From positions 102,116,001 through 102,180,000 of the forward strand of contig CM059432.1 of assembly GCA_030390025.1 (NCBI GenBank): a stretch of DNA of 64,000 nt, given 5' to 3'. The DNA is from Squalus acanthias (Eukaryota). A program made the position numbers and the translations under genes. Of this stretch, positions 12,263-24,685 are shown one piece after another. Positions within the stretch are counted from its first letter, which is position 1, and each line of letters begins with the position of its first letter. The notes beneath the pieces are model-generated. The model was not told where the DNA came from, searched no databases, and saw only the letters and a list, made by a program, of their open reading frames with translations.

Positions 12263-13305
12263 GCAACATAGGAACGGGAGTAGGCCATTTCGGCCTTGAG
12301 CCTGTTCCGCCAGTCAATGAGATCATGGCTGACTGTGACCTAACTCCACATACCCAATTTTGACCCATATCCCTTAATACCCTTGGTTAACAAAAATCTA
12401 TCAATCTCAGATTTAAAATTAACAATTGATCTAGCATCAATTGCCATTTGCGGAAGACAGTTCCAAACTTCTACCAGTGTGTAGAAGTGTTTCCTAATTT
12501 CACTCCTGAAAGGTCTGGCTCTAATTTTTAGACTCTGCCCCCTCGTCCTAGACTCCCCAACCAGCAGAAATAGCTTCTCTCTATCTAATACAAAAGCAAA
12601 ATACTGCGAATGCTGGAAATCTGAAATAAAAACAGAAAATGTTGGAAATACTCAGCAGGTCAGGCAGTATCTTATGGAGAGAGAAACAGAGTTAACGTTT
12701 TAGGTCAATGACCCTTCGTCAGATCTGGGTCTTCTCTCTATCTACCCTAACTGTTCCCCTTAATATCTTGAAAACTTCGATCAGATCACCCCTTTAACCT
12801 TCTAAATTCCAGGGAACACAACCCTAGTTTGTGTAATCTCTCCTCATAATTTAACCCCAGGAGTCTGGGTATCATTCTGGTAAACCTACACTACACTCCC
12901 TCCAAGGACAATTATCCTTCCTAAGGTGAGGTGCCCAGAACTGCTCACTGTACTCCAGGTGTAGTCTAACCAGGGCTTTGTATAGCTGTAGCATAACTTT
13001 TACCCCTTTGTATTGTAGTCCTCTAGATATAAAGGCCAGCTTTCCATTAGCCTTTTGATTATTTTCTGTACCTGTTCATGACATTTTAATGATCTATATA
13101 CCTGGACCCCCAAGTCTCTTTGGACCTCCATTGTTTTTAGCTTTTCACCATTTAGAAAGTACCCTGTTCTATCCTTTTTAGGTTCAAAGTGAATGACCTT
13201 ACATTGAAATCCATTTGCCACAATTTTGCCCATTCACTTAATCTATCGATATCCCTTTGTAATTTTATGCTTTCATCTACACTGCCTACAATTCCGCCTA
13301 CCTTT
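12263..13305 (-). mobile_element. CR1 LINE 3' fragment
   Basis: Minus-strand CKVIHF...YFLNGEKLKTMEVQRDLGV and a reverse-complemented CR1 3' UTR at about 12265-12400. Confidence 0.85.
12588..12730 (-). mobile_element. Penelope-like terminal (pLTR) fragment inserted in the CR1
   Basis: Reverse complement of the end of the 34170-35650 element (GACCTGAAATGTTAACTCTGTTTCTCTCTCC). Flanked by a 14-bp direct repeat CTTCTCTCTATCTA at 12574 and 12731. Confidence 0.75.
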
Positions 13306-15693
13306 ATATCTATTTTAAACCTCCAATACTAATAATCTTCTAAGGGAATGAGACTCCGCATATGTAAAATTAATTTTTCAGGGCCAGAGAGATTGTTTGG
13401 CAGCAATTATCACTTATCACGCCGTTAAAAACTCACTTACTCCTTAATGCACCAGCCCTAACCTTTTCTGCCATCTTTAGAGCGGAACTAGTGGGCAAGT
13501 ACCCCAAGTTCACGGCGTTGCATTCATTTCCGTCCCGAGTCTATCGGCAAGGACTGCTATAGCGCACCCTATAGGGGAGCAGGGCATCTCTGACAGAAAC
13601 ATCTGGGATTTCTGCGTTTAACTGCGCAAGTGCGGACGCCAGAAGTTGCTGTCCGATTTATCCCATTATAATGGGGAGTGCTGTTAGTCTCACCATTATT
13701 CTTATCGCAAAATCCAGCCCATAATGTTTCTACATTTTATGTGTAAAATGTTTCTGTATACATACACACACAATATCAGACATCTATCAAGGATTACAGG
13801 TAGTTATCTAATTTGTGGATTCAACTGACAGATTGTTCAAGCTTCATTCTAATGATTTATGACCTTATTGTAACACTTCAACTGGGTTATTGTCATAAAG
13901 TAAATTGACAGCCATCCAGTAACCTCTATTTATCCGAAGCCCATCATAAAATGTTTTATTGATCTAAAACATAACCTTCAAAACAACCTACTTGATCTCT
14001 ATCATTTACTTGATACCACCAATTGTGAATTACAAAGTATTACATATTGACAAGATTTAAATAGATGCCATTTACACTGTGGGGGAAGACTTTCGGGTTG
14101 GGTGACGAACTGGTGTGATCTCAGCAATGTGCACATAGTGCCCGCTCAATGCGGCATTCAAGAGGGGTGAACCAGAGGAACAGGAGTAGGCCATTCAGCA
14201 CATTTTGAGCCTGTTCTACCATTCAATTAGATCATGGCTGATCTGTATCTTAACTCCATTTACCTGCCTTGGTTCCATATCACTTAATACCCTTGCCTAA
14301 CAAAAATCTATCAACCACTTTCAGGTTCAGGCTTCATTAACTTTTAACATCCGAGCCACGGGCACCAAACCGGCACTCTACTGCAGCTCGCCGGTCTGTT
14401 AAGGATCAAAATCAGTTGGCTACTGTACGCAGTTGGCCGACAGGTAAAGCCTATTGGGAACTGGATAAGAAATTGGAAAAACAATGGGAGGGAGTAATTG
14501 TAACAGGTGTTGTATCAGCATGGTGAGAAGTGCTGAATGAAATACCACAGAAACCCTTTTGTTTATTGATGTAAAATGACTTGGGTGCAGAATCTGCTTA
14601 TAATGGGTAATTTGGCAAACTCTCAACATGAGTACGACAAAATAGCTGATAACCATATCATCAAAAGGTGGATTATCTGTGTTGCATTGCTGCTCTATCA
14701 ACTAAACTGCTGATTCAAGCTCGCCCCTGGCAAGCTCGCCCCTGGCAAGCTCTTGGACTATCCCAGATTTTAGAGGGTGAAATGAACTATTTGACCTTTA
14801 GATTTGTCTTCGTTTTGGGTTCCCCATCTCAGAGCTGTGGTGGCTCAGCAAGATGTATGACAGAAGTTCTGAACTGGCACAGATGGATCAACAGTGCAGC
14901 ACAGCTAATCTTGCATAATGGCTCTCACTTGTCTTGTCAATCAACAGGTACCGCAAGAGGTGAAAAGATGTGTAGCCAGTTACATCGACATCATTGAGTC
15001 TACAGCACAGAAACAGGCCATTCGGCCCAACTGGTCTATGCTGGCGTTTATGCTCCACAGGAGCCTCCCCCCAGTTGTACTAAATTAGTTGCTGACTAGT
15101 TGCTCATCAACAACAAACAACAACAAAAACTTGCATGTATGTAGCACCTTTAACATAGTAAAACGTCCCAAGGTACTTCATAGGAATGTTATCAAACAAA
15201 TTTGACACCAAACCACATAAGGAAATATAAGGGCAGATGGCCAAAAGCTTGGTCAAAGAGGTAGGTTTTAAGGAGTCTCTTATAAGAGGAGAGAGAGGTA
15301 GAGAGACGGAGAGGTTTATGGAGGGAATTCCAGAGCTTAGGGCCTTGGCAGCTGAAGGCATGGCCAGCAGTGGTGGAGCGATTAAAATCGGGGATACGTA
15401 AGAGGCCAGAATTGGAGGAGCGTAGAGATCACGGAGGGTTGTAGGGCTGGTGGAGGTCACAGAGATAGGGAGGGGCAAGGTCATGGAGGGATTTGAAAAC
15501 AAGGATGAGAATATTAAAATTGAGGCGGTGCCAGACTCGGAGCTAATGTAGGTCAGCAAGAACAGGGGTCATGGGTGAATGGGACTTGGTGTGAGTCAGG
15601 ACATGGGCAGCAGAGTTTTGGATGAGCTCAAGTATGTGGAGGTTGGAAGATGGGAGGCTGACCAGGAGAGCATTGGAATAATCAAGTCTAGAG

Positions 15694-15824
15694 CAGTGTT
15701 CTCTGTAAGGTGCACGGCCGCAAGCTGCTCTAGGGAACCTGCGCAGCCAACTTGCCTGTATTTCAATGTAAAGACACGCATGCACAGTATTTTGAATGGC
15801 CAAAAACAATTACAGGGAACATAG
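15694..15824. mobile_element. 131-bp hAT (Charlie-type) MITE
   Basis: TIRs CAGTGTTCTCTGTAA / TTACAGGGAACATAG. 8-bp TSD GTCTAGAG / ATCTAGAG matches the NTCTAGAN target typical of hAT-Charlie. It interrupts the L2 SRLDY motif. Confidence 0.85.
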
Positions 15825-16070
15825 ATCTAGAGGTAATATGGATGAGGGTATGAACAGCAGATGAGCTGAGGTGGGGCAGAGTCGGGCAATGTTACGGAGG
15901 TGGAAGTAGCCGGTCTTGGTGATGGAGCCGATATGTGGTCGGAAGCTCATCTAGGGGTCAAATACGACACCAAGGTTGCGAAAAGTCTGGTTCAGCCTCA
16001 GACAGTGGCCAGGGAGAGGGATGGAACCAGTGGCTTGGGAAGAGAGTTTGTGGCAGGGACCAAAGACAAT

Positions 16071-16835
16071 GGCCCGAAAATTAGACCTAATACGCGAGAG
16101 TACGCACTGTGTACTCTCGCGTATTAGGTCCCGAATTGCCGGTTTCCTGCATGCACTGCGCATGCGCGGGAAACCGGCACTTTGTGTATTGCAAAGGGGA
16201 CGGTTCCTAAGTGAACCGCGTGCGCACTACAGGTTGTGCGCACGCAGTGCACTTAGTTTTTTTTTCAGGTTTGAACGCGCAGGTAAGTGGTGAAGATTTT
16301 ACACATAAAGAAAACAGGCGTAGGACCCCCTTTTAACAAGGTAAGTAGTTAATTAAGTGTTATTTTAAAAAAATTTCAACAGGTTTATCTTTTTTAGAGA
16401 CTTTAAAGAAAGGTAAGTTTATTTTTATAACTTTTAAAAAGATTTTAAATTTTTTCAAAAATTTAATTTTTTGTTTAAAGTGGTTAATTTATTTAACTAT
16501 AGTTATTTTATTAATGTGATGGCTTTTTTTAAAAATTTAATTGAGGTTTAGCTGTTCTTTTGGGGGCTTGTAGTATTCATAGCTTTGACAGCCCTTGCTG
16601 TCAAAACTATGAATGAAAGATGGTGTGCTGCCATTGGCTCTAACTGAATCACGTGATCCCAGAGCTCGCACAAACTAATTGCGCCTCTGGGACACGCAAG
16701 CACTGCATGGTTGCAACAGGGAGAGGCCCTGAAACTAAAGTTCGTGTAGGCCCCAAACAAAAAGGTAGGCGCGGAGTGCGATATCGCGGGGAATCCTTAC
16801 CCCCGCGGGAACCATCGATGTTTAATTTCTGGGCC
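16071..16835 (+). mobile_element. Harbinger-type MITE family B, copy 1 (hairpin-rich)
   Basis: TIRs GGCCCGAAAATT / AATTTCTGGGCC with TSD AAT on both sides. Homologous to 23952-24685 and 39927-40670. Confidence 0.9.
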
Positions 16836-17599
16836 AATGTCTTCCCAGAAATTTCTGCTCATCCAGTACTAGATATTGGACAATCAGTTTGATAATTTAG
16901 AGACAGTGGCGGGGTTGAGAGAGGTGGTGGTGAGGTAAAGCTAGGCGTCATCAGCGGATATGTGGAACCTGATATTATGTTTTTGGATGATGTCGCCAAG
17001 GGGTAGCATGTAGATGAGAAATAGGAGGGGGCCAAGGAGAGATGTTGGGGGACTCCAGAGGTAATGGTGCCGGAGTGGGAAGAGAAGCCATTATAGGTGA
17101 TTCTCTGGCTACAACTGGATAGATAAGAATGGAACCAGGCGAGTGCAGTCCCATTCAGCTGGACGACGGAGGAGAGGCGTTGGAGGAGGATGGAGTGGTC
17201 AACCATGTCAAAGGCTGCAGACAGGTCGAGAAGGACGAGGAGGGATAGTTTACCATGGTCACAGTTACATAGGATGTCATTTGTGGGTTTGATAAGAGCC
17301 ATTTCGGTACTGAGTCAGTATCATCAGGCTTTGCAGCTTTAGTGGCTGGCACTCTGGGCTCCACCATGGAGAGACAGATCAGTGGATAGAGTAGATAGAG
17401 GCTGTCAAGAAATCGCTCATCTTCTGCAGTCTACTCTCCCACAGATCAGTGGAGGTGGTGAGCCCTAGCTCCACAGGAGTGGCCGTGGCACGATGGAGTA
17501 GTAAGTGTTGCCCTTTCTCAGAATGTTAACATGTTTGCTTCTTCGTCACCCCTCAACCAATACCCGCCAGAGCCAGCAAGACAACTGGGTCTGACTGCC

Positions 17600-19500
17600 C
17601 AGCAGCAGCTAAGGCATAATTTTCTACAGGCAGGCTCTCACAGGCTCAAGTACCCAGAAGTCACCAGCCACAAGCATATCAAGGATCTCACCATGAGCAA
17701 CATCAGCCTTCCACCAGCTTTGCAGAGACCACTAGGAGTGCAGTGTGGCTTCATAGCAGCTCACGAGTCGGGAGTGTCAGTGTGTCATTGATATAAAAGT
17801 TGGCTGAATGGTTTCAATGTTCTTTAATACAGGATTAAGAGAGGGTTGAAGGATATAACAAGGAATGTTAGTGCAGAGGGGTTTTGTGCAAGTTTTACGG
17901 CAAGGGAATAAGTAAGTTGCTTGAATCACTGAGCAATTAACTCATCGCTCATATCTCTTGCTCCAGGGTGTTGAGCTAGCTCTCCTTCTTCCGCTGCTTC
18001 CTTGCCTTCATGCTGGTTTTCCTCGTCCAATAACGACTGCTGCTGTTACTGTGCCTCCTCCAAATGCAGGCCTCTCTGTATGGCAAGCTTTTGCAAGATG
18101 CAGCACACCACTACAATGTGGGAGACTCTTTCTAGGGCGTATTGTAGGGAGTTCCCAGGCCTGTCCAAACATCTGAACATCTGCCTCTGCAGCCCTATGG
18201 TGTGCTCGGTAATCATCCCGGTGGTCCTATGACATCGATTTTACCTGTGTTGCTCAGGCGTGGTGGGGTTGTGGAAGGGGTATCATGAGCCATTAATGTA
18301 GAGAGTATTCCTTGTCCCCCAGCAGCCACCTTGTCATGTTGGTAGATGGGTCGAATATGAGGGGGACGGTTAAATGAAGCAGGATAAATGTATTTTGATA
18401 GCCCCCTGGGTACCGTGCACAAACTTGCATGATCGTGTTTCTGTGATCAGAGACTAGCTGGGCATTAATGGAGTGGTAGCCCTTCCTACTTACAAATGCT
18501 GCTGGCTGGCGTTGTGGTGCCCTGATGGCAACACATGTACAGACAATGGTCCCTGCACGTATGGGAAGCCAGCCATTGCTACAAATCCCTGAGCTCTCTC
18601 TGTTGACTGTTGAGGTCAATGGCGAAGGTGATGTAATGCTCAGCCCTGGCAAACAGGGCATTGCTGAACTGTTTAATACAGCCGTGTGCTGCAGACAGGG
18701 AGATGTGGGTGATGTCCGCTGTAGCAGACTGGAAGGAGCCAGTGGTAAAGAAGTTAAGGGCTGTGGTGACTTGAGAGCCACTGGCAAAGCATGGGCCCCT
18801 GGCCCAGCAGGCATTAGGGCCTGTTGCACGAGGCTGCAAAGGTCTGTAACAGCCTGCCTGGAGATGAACAGCCTCCTGATGCACTGCTCTTTAGACAGAT
18901 ACAAGAAACTGATCCTTGGCCTGCAGGCCCTGTGTCCTGGGTATGGCCTCCTACCAACAGACCTGCTGTCTTCTAATAGGTCCAGCTGTTGCTCGTACTG
19001 GTTGCTGAGGCTGCTGCTCCTCTTCTCCGAACTGTTCCTCCATCCAAATGAAATGGACAATAATAGCACTCATAATCAGCAGATAGAGCTGACTGAGGGT
19101 AAGTATGACAAAGACTGTGAGAAAGAAATGATCTGGAAGCTGGAAACACTGTTCGCGAGCCAATCAGCACAATGGCATGCAGATCCTGTGACCAAATTAC
19201 CTGCAGCTGAGTGCCTCTTTAAATACTACTTCAGTGGCTGTGAGAGACCAATCCCCCTAGATTTTATGGCGGGTTGGGCGTAGGACAGGACATCCGTAAT
19301 TTCGCATTAAATTGGCGTTGGGGGTCCTCATTGCATCATAGGATCTCGATTTGCATGTATTCATGAGGCTCCTGCCCACCTCTGGTCGGCGCCTCAGCAG
19401 ACTAAAAAATACTGCGGTTAAAATGACAGCTGGCAGGAACCGAATGGTAAGTACTCTGCAGTGATTTTAACCACCTGCCCACCCTCCCTATTTCCGCTGG
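17600..19500 (-). mobile_element. Decayed Harbinger transposon (transposase pseudogene about 17990-19070; Myb-gene 3' remnant on + at about 17640-17790)
   Basis: Frameshifted motifs VTTALNFFTTGSFQ, RKGYHSINAQLVSDH, ARYPG and WLLGDK. 17690-17740 resembles 51080-51125. Ends not defined. Confidence 0.8.
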
Positions 19501-19640
19501 GAGTGTGTGAAAGAGTCTAAGATCGTCTGTGTGTGGGAGAATCAGTCTCAAAGTCTGTGTGTAAGAGAGTGAATCACAGAGACCCTGTAAGAGAGTCTCA
19601 GAGAGTCTGTTTGTGAGAGGGTGAGTCTCTGAGAGTCTAT

Positions 19641-20074
19641 GGGCTGGATTTTCAATGACCCATGGAGTCGGGTTTGGAGGCGTGTGGGGGGTTAAAGTTG
19701 CAGATTCGGGGGTCGTGACCCCATCCCGACTCCATCCCGCCTCCACGCAATTTTGACAAAATCAGTCGCGGGGTTCCCAACTCCGTCCCGCCTCCAAGAG
19801 GCGGGAGAGGCCATTAAAGCCCTTAACAAGCCCTAAATTGGCTCTGTAGTGCCATTTTGAAACATTTTAGCTAGTTTAACCCTTTTCCGACATGAAGTAT
19901 GCCTGGTGTGAAACACTCCAGTGAAACCTGGCGGGAGCACAAGTGGATAGCTGACTATCAGCTGCAGGTTCACTTTTACAATGGAGATGTGATGCAGGTA
20001 GTAGTAGTATTAGGTCTGAAAGTTGCCTCTGATGCTGCTGCATTGAATGTCTTCAGAGACTGCCTGGCCTTGCT

Positions 20075-20113
<39 letters not shown>

Positions 20114-20368
20114 ATCCAGGTCCACTCACAGCAAAAGCCAGGCAAGTCTATTCACAGCAAAGGCCAGGCAGTCTCTGCAATGATGACATCATCAGAGGCG
20201 ACTTTCAGACTGAAACCACTAATTGGTTCATTGGTTCCCACATGCTGGAACTCAATTGCCCAATTAAGTTAAAATTGCATCATTCATCCACATTAATCTG
20301 GAGTCGGGGGGGCAACACGAAATGCGGATCACACGACCCCAACCCAACCCCAAGACAAAATCAAGCCC
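19641..20368 (+). mobile_element. Harbinger-type MITE family C, copy 1
   Basis: TIRs GGGCTGGATTTT / AAAATCAAGCCC with flanks TAT / TTT and internal (CT)n. Reverse-complement homolog at 57110-57888. Confidence 0.85.
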
Positions 20369-20901
20369 TTTGTGTGAGAGAGGGATAAAATTGGCCCTTT
20401 AGTATCACCAACTTCCACTGACCAGTGTAAAAGAACCAAATCACACACATTCATTACAATTTGCTATGGGCAAGGGAGATTTAATTAGATCGGAGGAAGA
20501 TATTAAACTGTGATCAATTCAGGCCAGTAGAACCCACAAACTTAAATTAATAACTTTAAAATACATTACTTTTTTTTTCTCAGAAGGTGATAAACATTTT
20601 GTGATATTTGTTACTAAATTTAGTTAGTCTCTATCTGGGAAATCTTCTTACAAGCATTTATAACGTTAAGCAACTAATTTAATGTGTCAGTTAAGTGATT
20701 TTTTTCATAATTGTGTGTTTTTTTGTTTGTCAGAACTTATAAAGAGAAAAAACAAGTTAATATTTTGGGTGCAATTCTTCAATGGAACTGAAAACTTTAA
20801 GATTTGCAAGCATTTTGGTAGGGTTGGGCAAAAGTAAAAGGGAAAAACAGCAGATACTCTAATGGGTTGAATGACTTGCAAACTGCTGAATAGAAAACGT
20901 T

Positions 20902-21655
20902 GGCCCCTATTTTCCGATGCCTACGGGTGTGTACGAGCTGTGTACCCACCTGTAGGGACATTGGAAATGCTAGTTTCAGGCATGCGAAGCACATGCGCTG
21001 AAAACTGGTATTTCCGATCTGTCAAGAATCCTCTTGACAGATCGGACGCCTGCCCTGGAGAAGGGCCTCTGCAGGCGGTTAGTTCCGCTTTCTGCAGAAC
21101 CTCCGCCCGCTGAAAACCCTTAGAAATCGTACGCCTGGTAAAATCAGGCATAAGGCCTGCTTTTACCAGCATAAAAGTTGAAAAAAGTAAAAAATAAACA
21201 CTCATTTATAATTTAAAAATACTTTTAAAAAAGGTAAGTTTATTTTTAGCCCCGTAAAAAACTTTAATTATTATTTTCAAAACATTAAATTTTTGTTTAA
21301 AATATTTAATTTATTGTAATTTTAACTCATTTTAAAAACATGATGGTTTTTTAAAAATGTATTTAATGTATTACTGTGTTTTTGGGGTGATCTCCATTCA
21401 TATATTTGACAGGTCTATCTGTCAAAAGTATGAAGGGAGATTCCCTTCTCCTATTGGCTGGCCTGGCCCACGTGATCCCAGGGACGCTTGCGAACTGCAT
21501 GCGCCTCTGGGATACGTGGGCCCTGCGCATTTCGACTGTGGAGAGGCCCAGCATTGGAAGTGTATGCACCTCAGGAGCCCTCAGGTAAGAGCGTAGACTT
21601 TTTTCCGATAGGAGGCATCTGCACGCAGGAAGCCTCCTATCGGAAATTACGGGCC
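20902..21655 (+). mobile_element. Harbinger-type MITE, diverged relative of family B
   Basis: TIRs GGCCCCTATTTTCCGAT / ATCGGAAATTACGGGCC with flanks GTT / ATT. Shares the AT-rich core, AAGGTAAGTTTATTTTTA, the TTTGACAG...CTGTCAAA hairpin and CACGTGATCCCA with family B. Confidence 0.8.
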
Positions 21656-22899
21656 ATTATATAAAAGATTATTTCAGTAAGGCATTGGAAAGACATTAAA
21701 AGAAGAAAACAGGTAAGATGGCAAAAAGAGAAGGAAAAAGGCATGAAATTGGCAGGAAACGAGGGGAACAATTGCAAATGAAAGAGATTTAAAATTAAAA
21801 CAAAGTTGCTGGAAATGCAGGGGTGAAATTGGTATTCATTGCTCCCATTTTCTGGGCGTAAAATGAGCACAAAAGTTACCAATTCCGAGGCACAAGGTCC
21901 TGCACCTGATTCACCCCGAAGTGCGCTGAGCCTGATTGGTGCCCGGAGCTCACCTGCTTCATGGTAATGACGGCCAAGGATCAAATTCAGGTGATCCTCG
22001 GACTGACCTCTTCAGGTGTGCATTGCATAATCAGGCACTCACCAATTTCTCCCCTACATAGGAGGTCCGCTAGACCTGTAAAGAGAAAAATATCGGCCAA
22101 CATCCCAGGATCAGAGCCTTTTACCAGAAATCTGTTCAAGAAACAGTTTACATCCAAAATATTAACACATCTCCTTTCACCTTGGAAACTAACAACCCAC
22201 ATCACCAACACTCCCTTCTGTAAAGAAAATGCAGGATATAGCCAAGATCTTATGTTACTATAATCGGTGTTGATATCAGAGGGATAAAGAGTACTCAGAA
22301 GAAAGATAAGATATTAGGTCCGATTTTAACTCAGACCACCTGCCAAAGGTGGCTCCAAAATATGAGTGCTGCATTTACCATCCCATTCCTGCTCTGATCC
22401 CACTTGCCGCCTTTTGTCCAGGGCCTTTACAAGGGGTGACCAAGGTGGCCACCTCATTAAGTTATGCAAATCGAGATCCTACCAAGTACATTTTACAACC
22501 GAAAAATGGGCACAATGCAAACGAATTTCTCCCCGTGTTTCCAGCAACTTTGTATTCATTTTTATCTCCTTCATTTGTACTAGGCGGTGAGCGGTCTAAG
22601 GAACAGCCCTTAAATTGACCTTTGAAGGACGTTCACAAAATGGCCCAGGAAATATTTAATTTTTTTAGGTGTGGCCATCCCATCCAAGGCCCCGCCCACT
22701 TTCCAGGGTCACCTCCCCATCCCTCCAAGGGTCCGACAGTCGACCAGCTCAGCGTGGGAACCGGGCAATTTCCCAGAACCAGTGAGCTGCAATAGGGCAT
22801 TCATTTGGTGCTCTAAGCTTGCTAGCAGAATGGAAATGAGGTCCAGGGCTCCACATGGCTCAGGCCTCCCACCTGCAAGAATGGGCGGTAGTTCAAATT

Positions 22900-23145
22900 G
22901 AACCTATGGTTCTTCAAGCTTACACTGAGTCTTTTTGGAACAACATAGGAGGCCAACGTCAGATTGTGAATAGAAGGGGGAGTTAAAGTGGTGAGCCACA
23001 GAGAGGTCGGGGGGTCATACTTATGGAGAGAGCATAGATGATCAGAAAAGCAGTCATCCAATTTGCATTTGGTCTCTTCCCAATATAGAGGAGGCTTTGC
23101 TGTGAGCAGAGAATGCAGTACACTAGATTGGAGAAAGTACAAGTA
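22900..23145 (-). mobile_element. Penelope-like GIY-YIG fragment
   Basis: Minus-strand LLYWEETKCKLDDCFSDHLCSL-like sequence, homologous to 35030-35300. Confidence 0.65.
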
Positions 23146-23951
23146 AAATCTTGTCTTTTTACGATCTCCTGAGGTTGGTGAAAGGCGCTATATAAATGCA
23201 GTTCTTTCTTTCATGGAAGGAGTATTTAGCACCCCAGATCATTTTATTTTGGTGAACATATTATTTCCAGTAGAACTAAAACACTGGGAAAGGGGAATTG
23301 AACTCTTTTTTTTTCAAATTTAAACACCTTTTTAAAAAAATTACAAGTATGGTGCATATATTGATAATGTAATAGGGATTTGCTTGCTTCACACAATGGT
23401 GTGAGAAATATCCTGTAGAGACAATGATTTGGAAACAATAAAAACAAAAATAGACTATTAAAATGCATTTTATCCCCACACAACATGAAAACAGCAATAT
23501 TCGGCAGGTGAGAAAGCCCTTTATCGTGACTTTGTCATTGATCGATTATTAAGTCTTCTTCATTTCTGGAGTAAATTGGGTATTCCATTGTTTCCCAATG
23601 TCTTTTCTTTCTCTATTGAACGCGTTCCAATTTGATTGCAGGATAGAGAATCGTGTTAGCTTTTTCTGATTGCATTTCAGGACAATATACTCCAGATAGG
23701 TAAATTGCTGAAGCAATAAATGCAGTAACAGGAAACAATAAAAACAGCATTTGACCTCATAAAAAATTACCACATACCAATATTCAAATAAAGGACATAG
23801 TTCGTAAAACAAACAAGGTCTTTTTCAGGTTCAAGATGATTGTTCTGAAACGTGATACAAAAATAATCTTTAAGATTTTTTTTGTATTTACAGATAATTA
23901 GGAGTTACTGATAACTTATGCTATACCAACCAGGGAGTGACAGAAAACAAT

Positions 23952-24685
23952 GGCCCGAAAATTAGACCTAATACGCGAGAGTACGCACTGTGTACTCTCG
24001 CGTTTTAGGTCTCCAATTGCCGGTTTCCAGCATGCACGAGAAACCGGCACTTCATGAATTCAAAAGGGGGCGGTTCCTAAGTGAACCGCGTGCGTGCTAC
24101 AGGCTGCGCGCACGCAGTGCACTTAGTGCTTTGAACGCGCAGGTAAGCATGGAAGATTTTACACATAAAGAAAGGAGGCGTAAGACCCTCTTTTAACAAG
24201 GTAAGTAGTTAATCAAGTATTATTTTAAATTTTTTTCAACAGGTTTATCTTTTTTAGAGACTTTAAAGAAAGGTAAGTTTATTTTTATAACTTTTAAAAA
24301 GATTTTAAATTTTTTCAAAAATTTTATTTTTTGTTTAAAGTGGTTAATTTATTTAACTATACTTATTTTATTAATGTGATGGCTTTTATTTTAAATTTAA
24401 TTGAGGTTTAGCTGTTCTTTTGGGGGGGTATAGTATTCATAGCTTTGACAGGTCTTCCTGTCAAAACTATGAATGAAAGATGGTGTGCTGCCATTGGCTC
24501 TAACTGAATCACGTGATCCCAGAGCTCGCACGAACTAATTGCGTCTCTGGGTCATGCAAGCACTGCACAGCTGCAGCCTTGAAACTAAAGTTCGTGTGGG
24601 CCCGGAGGAAAAAGGTAGGCGCGGAGTGAGATATCGCGGGGAAGCCTTACCCCCGCGTGAACACTCAGTGTTTAATTTCTGGGCC
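23952..24685 (+). mobile_element. Harbinger-type MITE family B, copy 2
   Basis: TIRs GGCCCGAAAATT / AATTTCTGGGCC with TSD AAT on both sides. Confidence 0.9.

Larger units (their letters stand above)
10880..13720. mobile_element. Harbinger-type non-autonomous element carrying nested CR1 and Penelope insertions
   Basis: Imperfect TIRs GGCCCGGATTTTGC / GCAAAATCCAGCCC with TSD ATA on both sides. The interior may be composite. Confidence 0.55.
15107..17325 (-). mobile_element. L2-clade LINE 3' portion, with two nested DNA transposons
   Basis: Minus-strand LLVLLDLSAAFDMVDH, SGVPQ, RNLGVVFDP, SRLDYSNALL, IQNSAA and TPVLADLH motifs. (TTG)n-type 3' tail at about 15107-15130. Confidence 0.9.

Noticed and set aside
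18525..19283. 252-aa plus-strand ORF
   Set aside because: It is the antisense shadow of a decayed Harbinger transposase.
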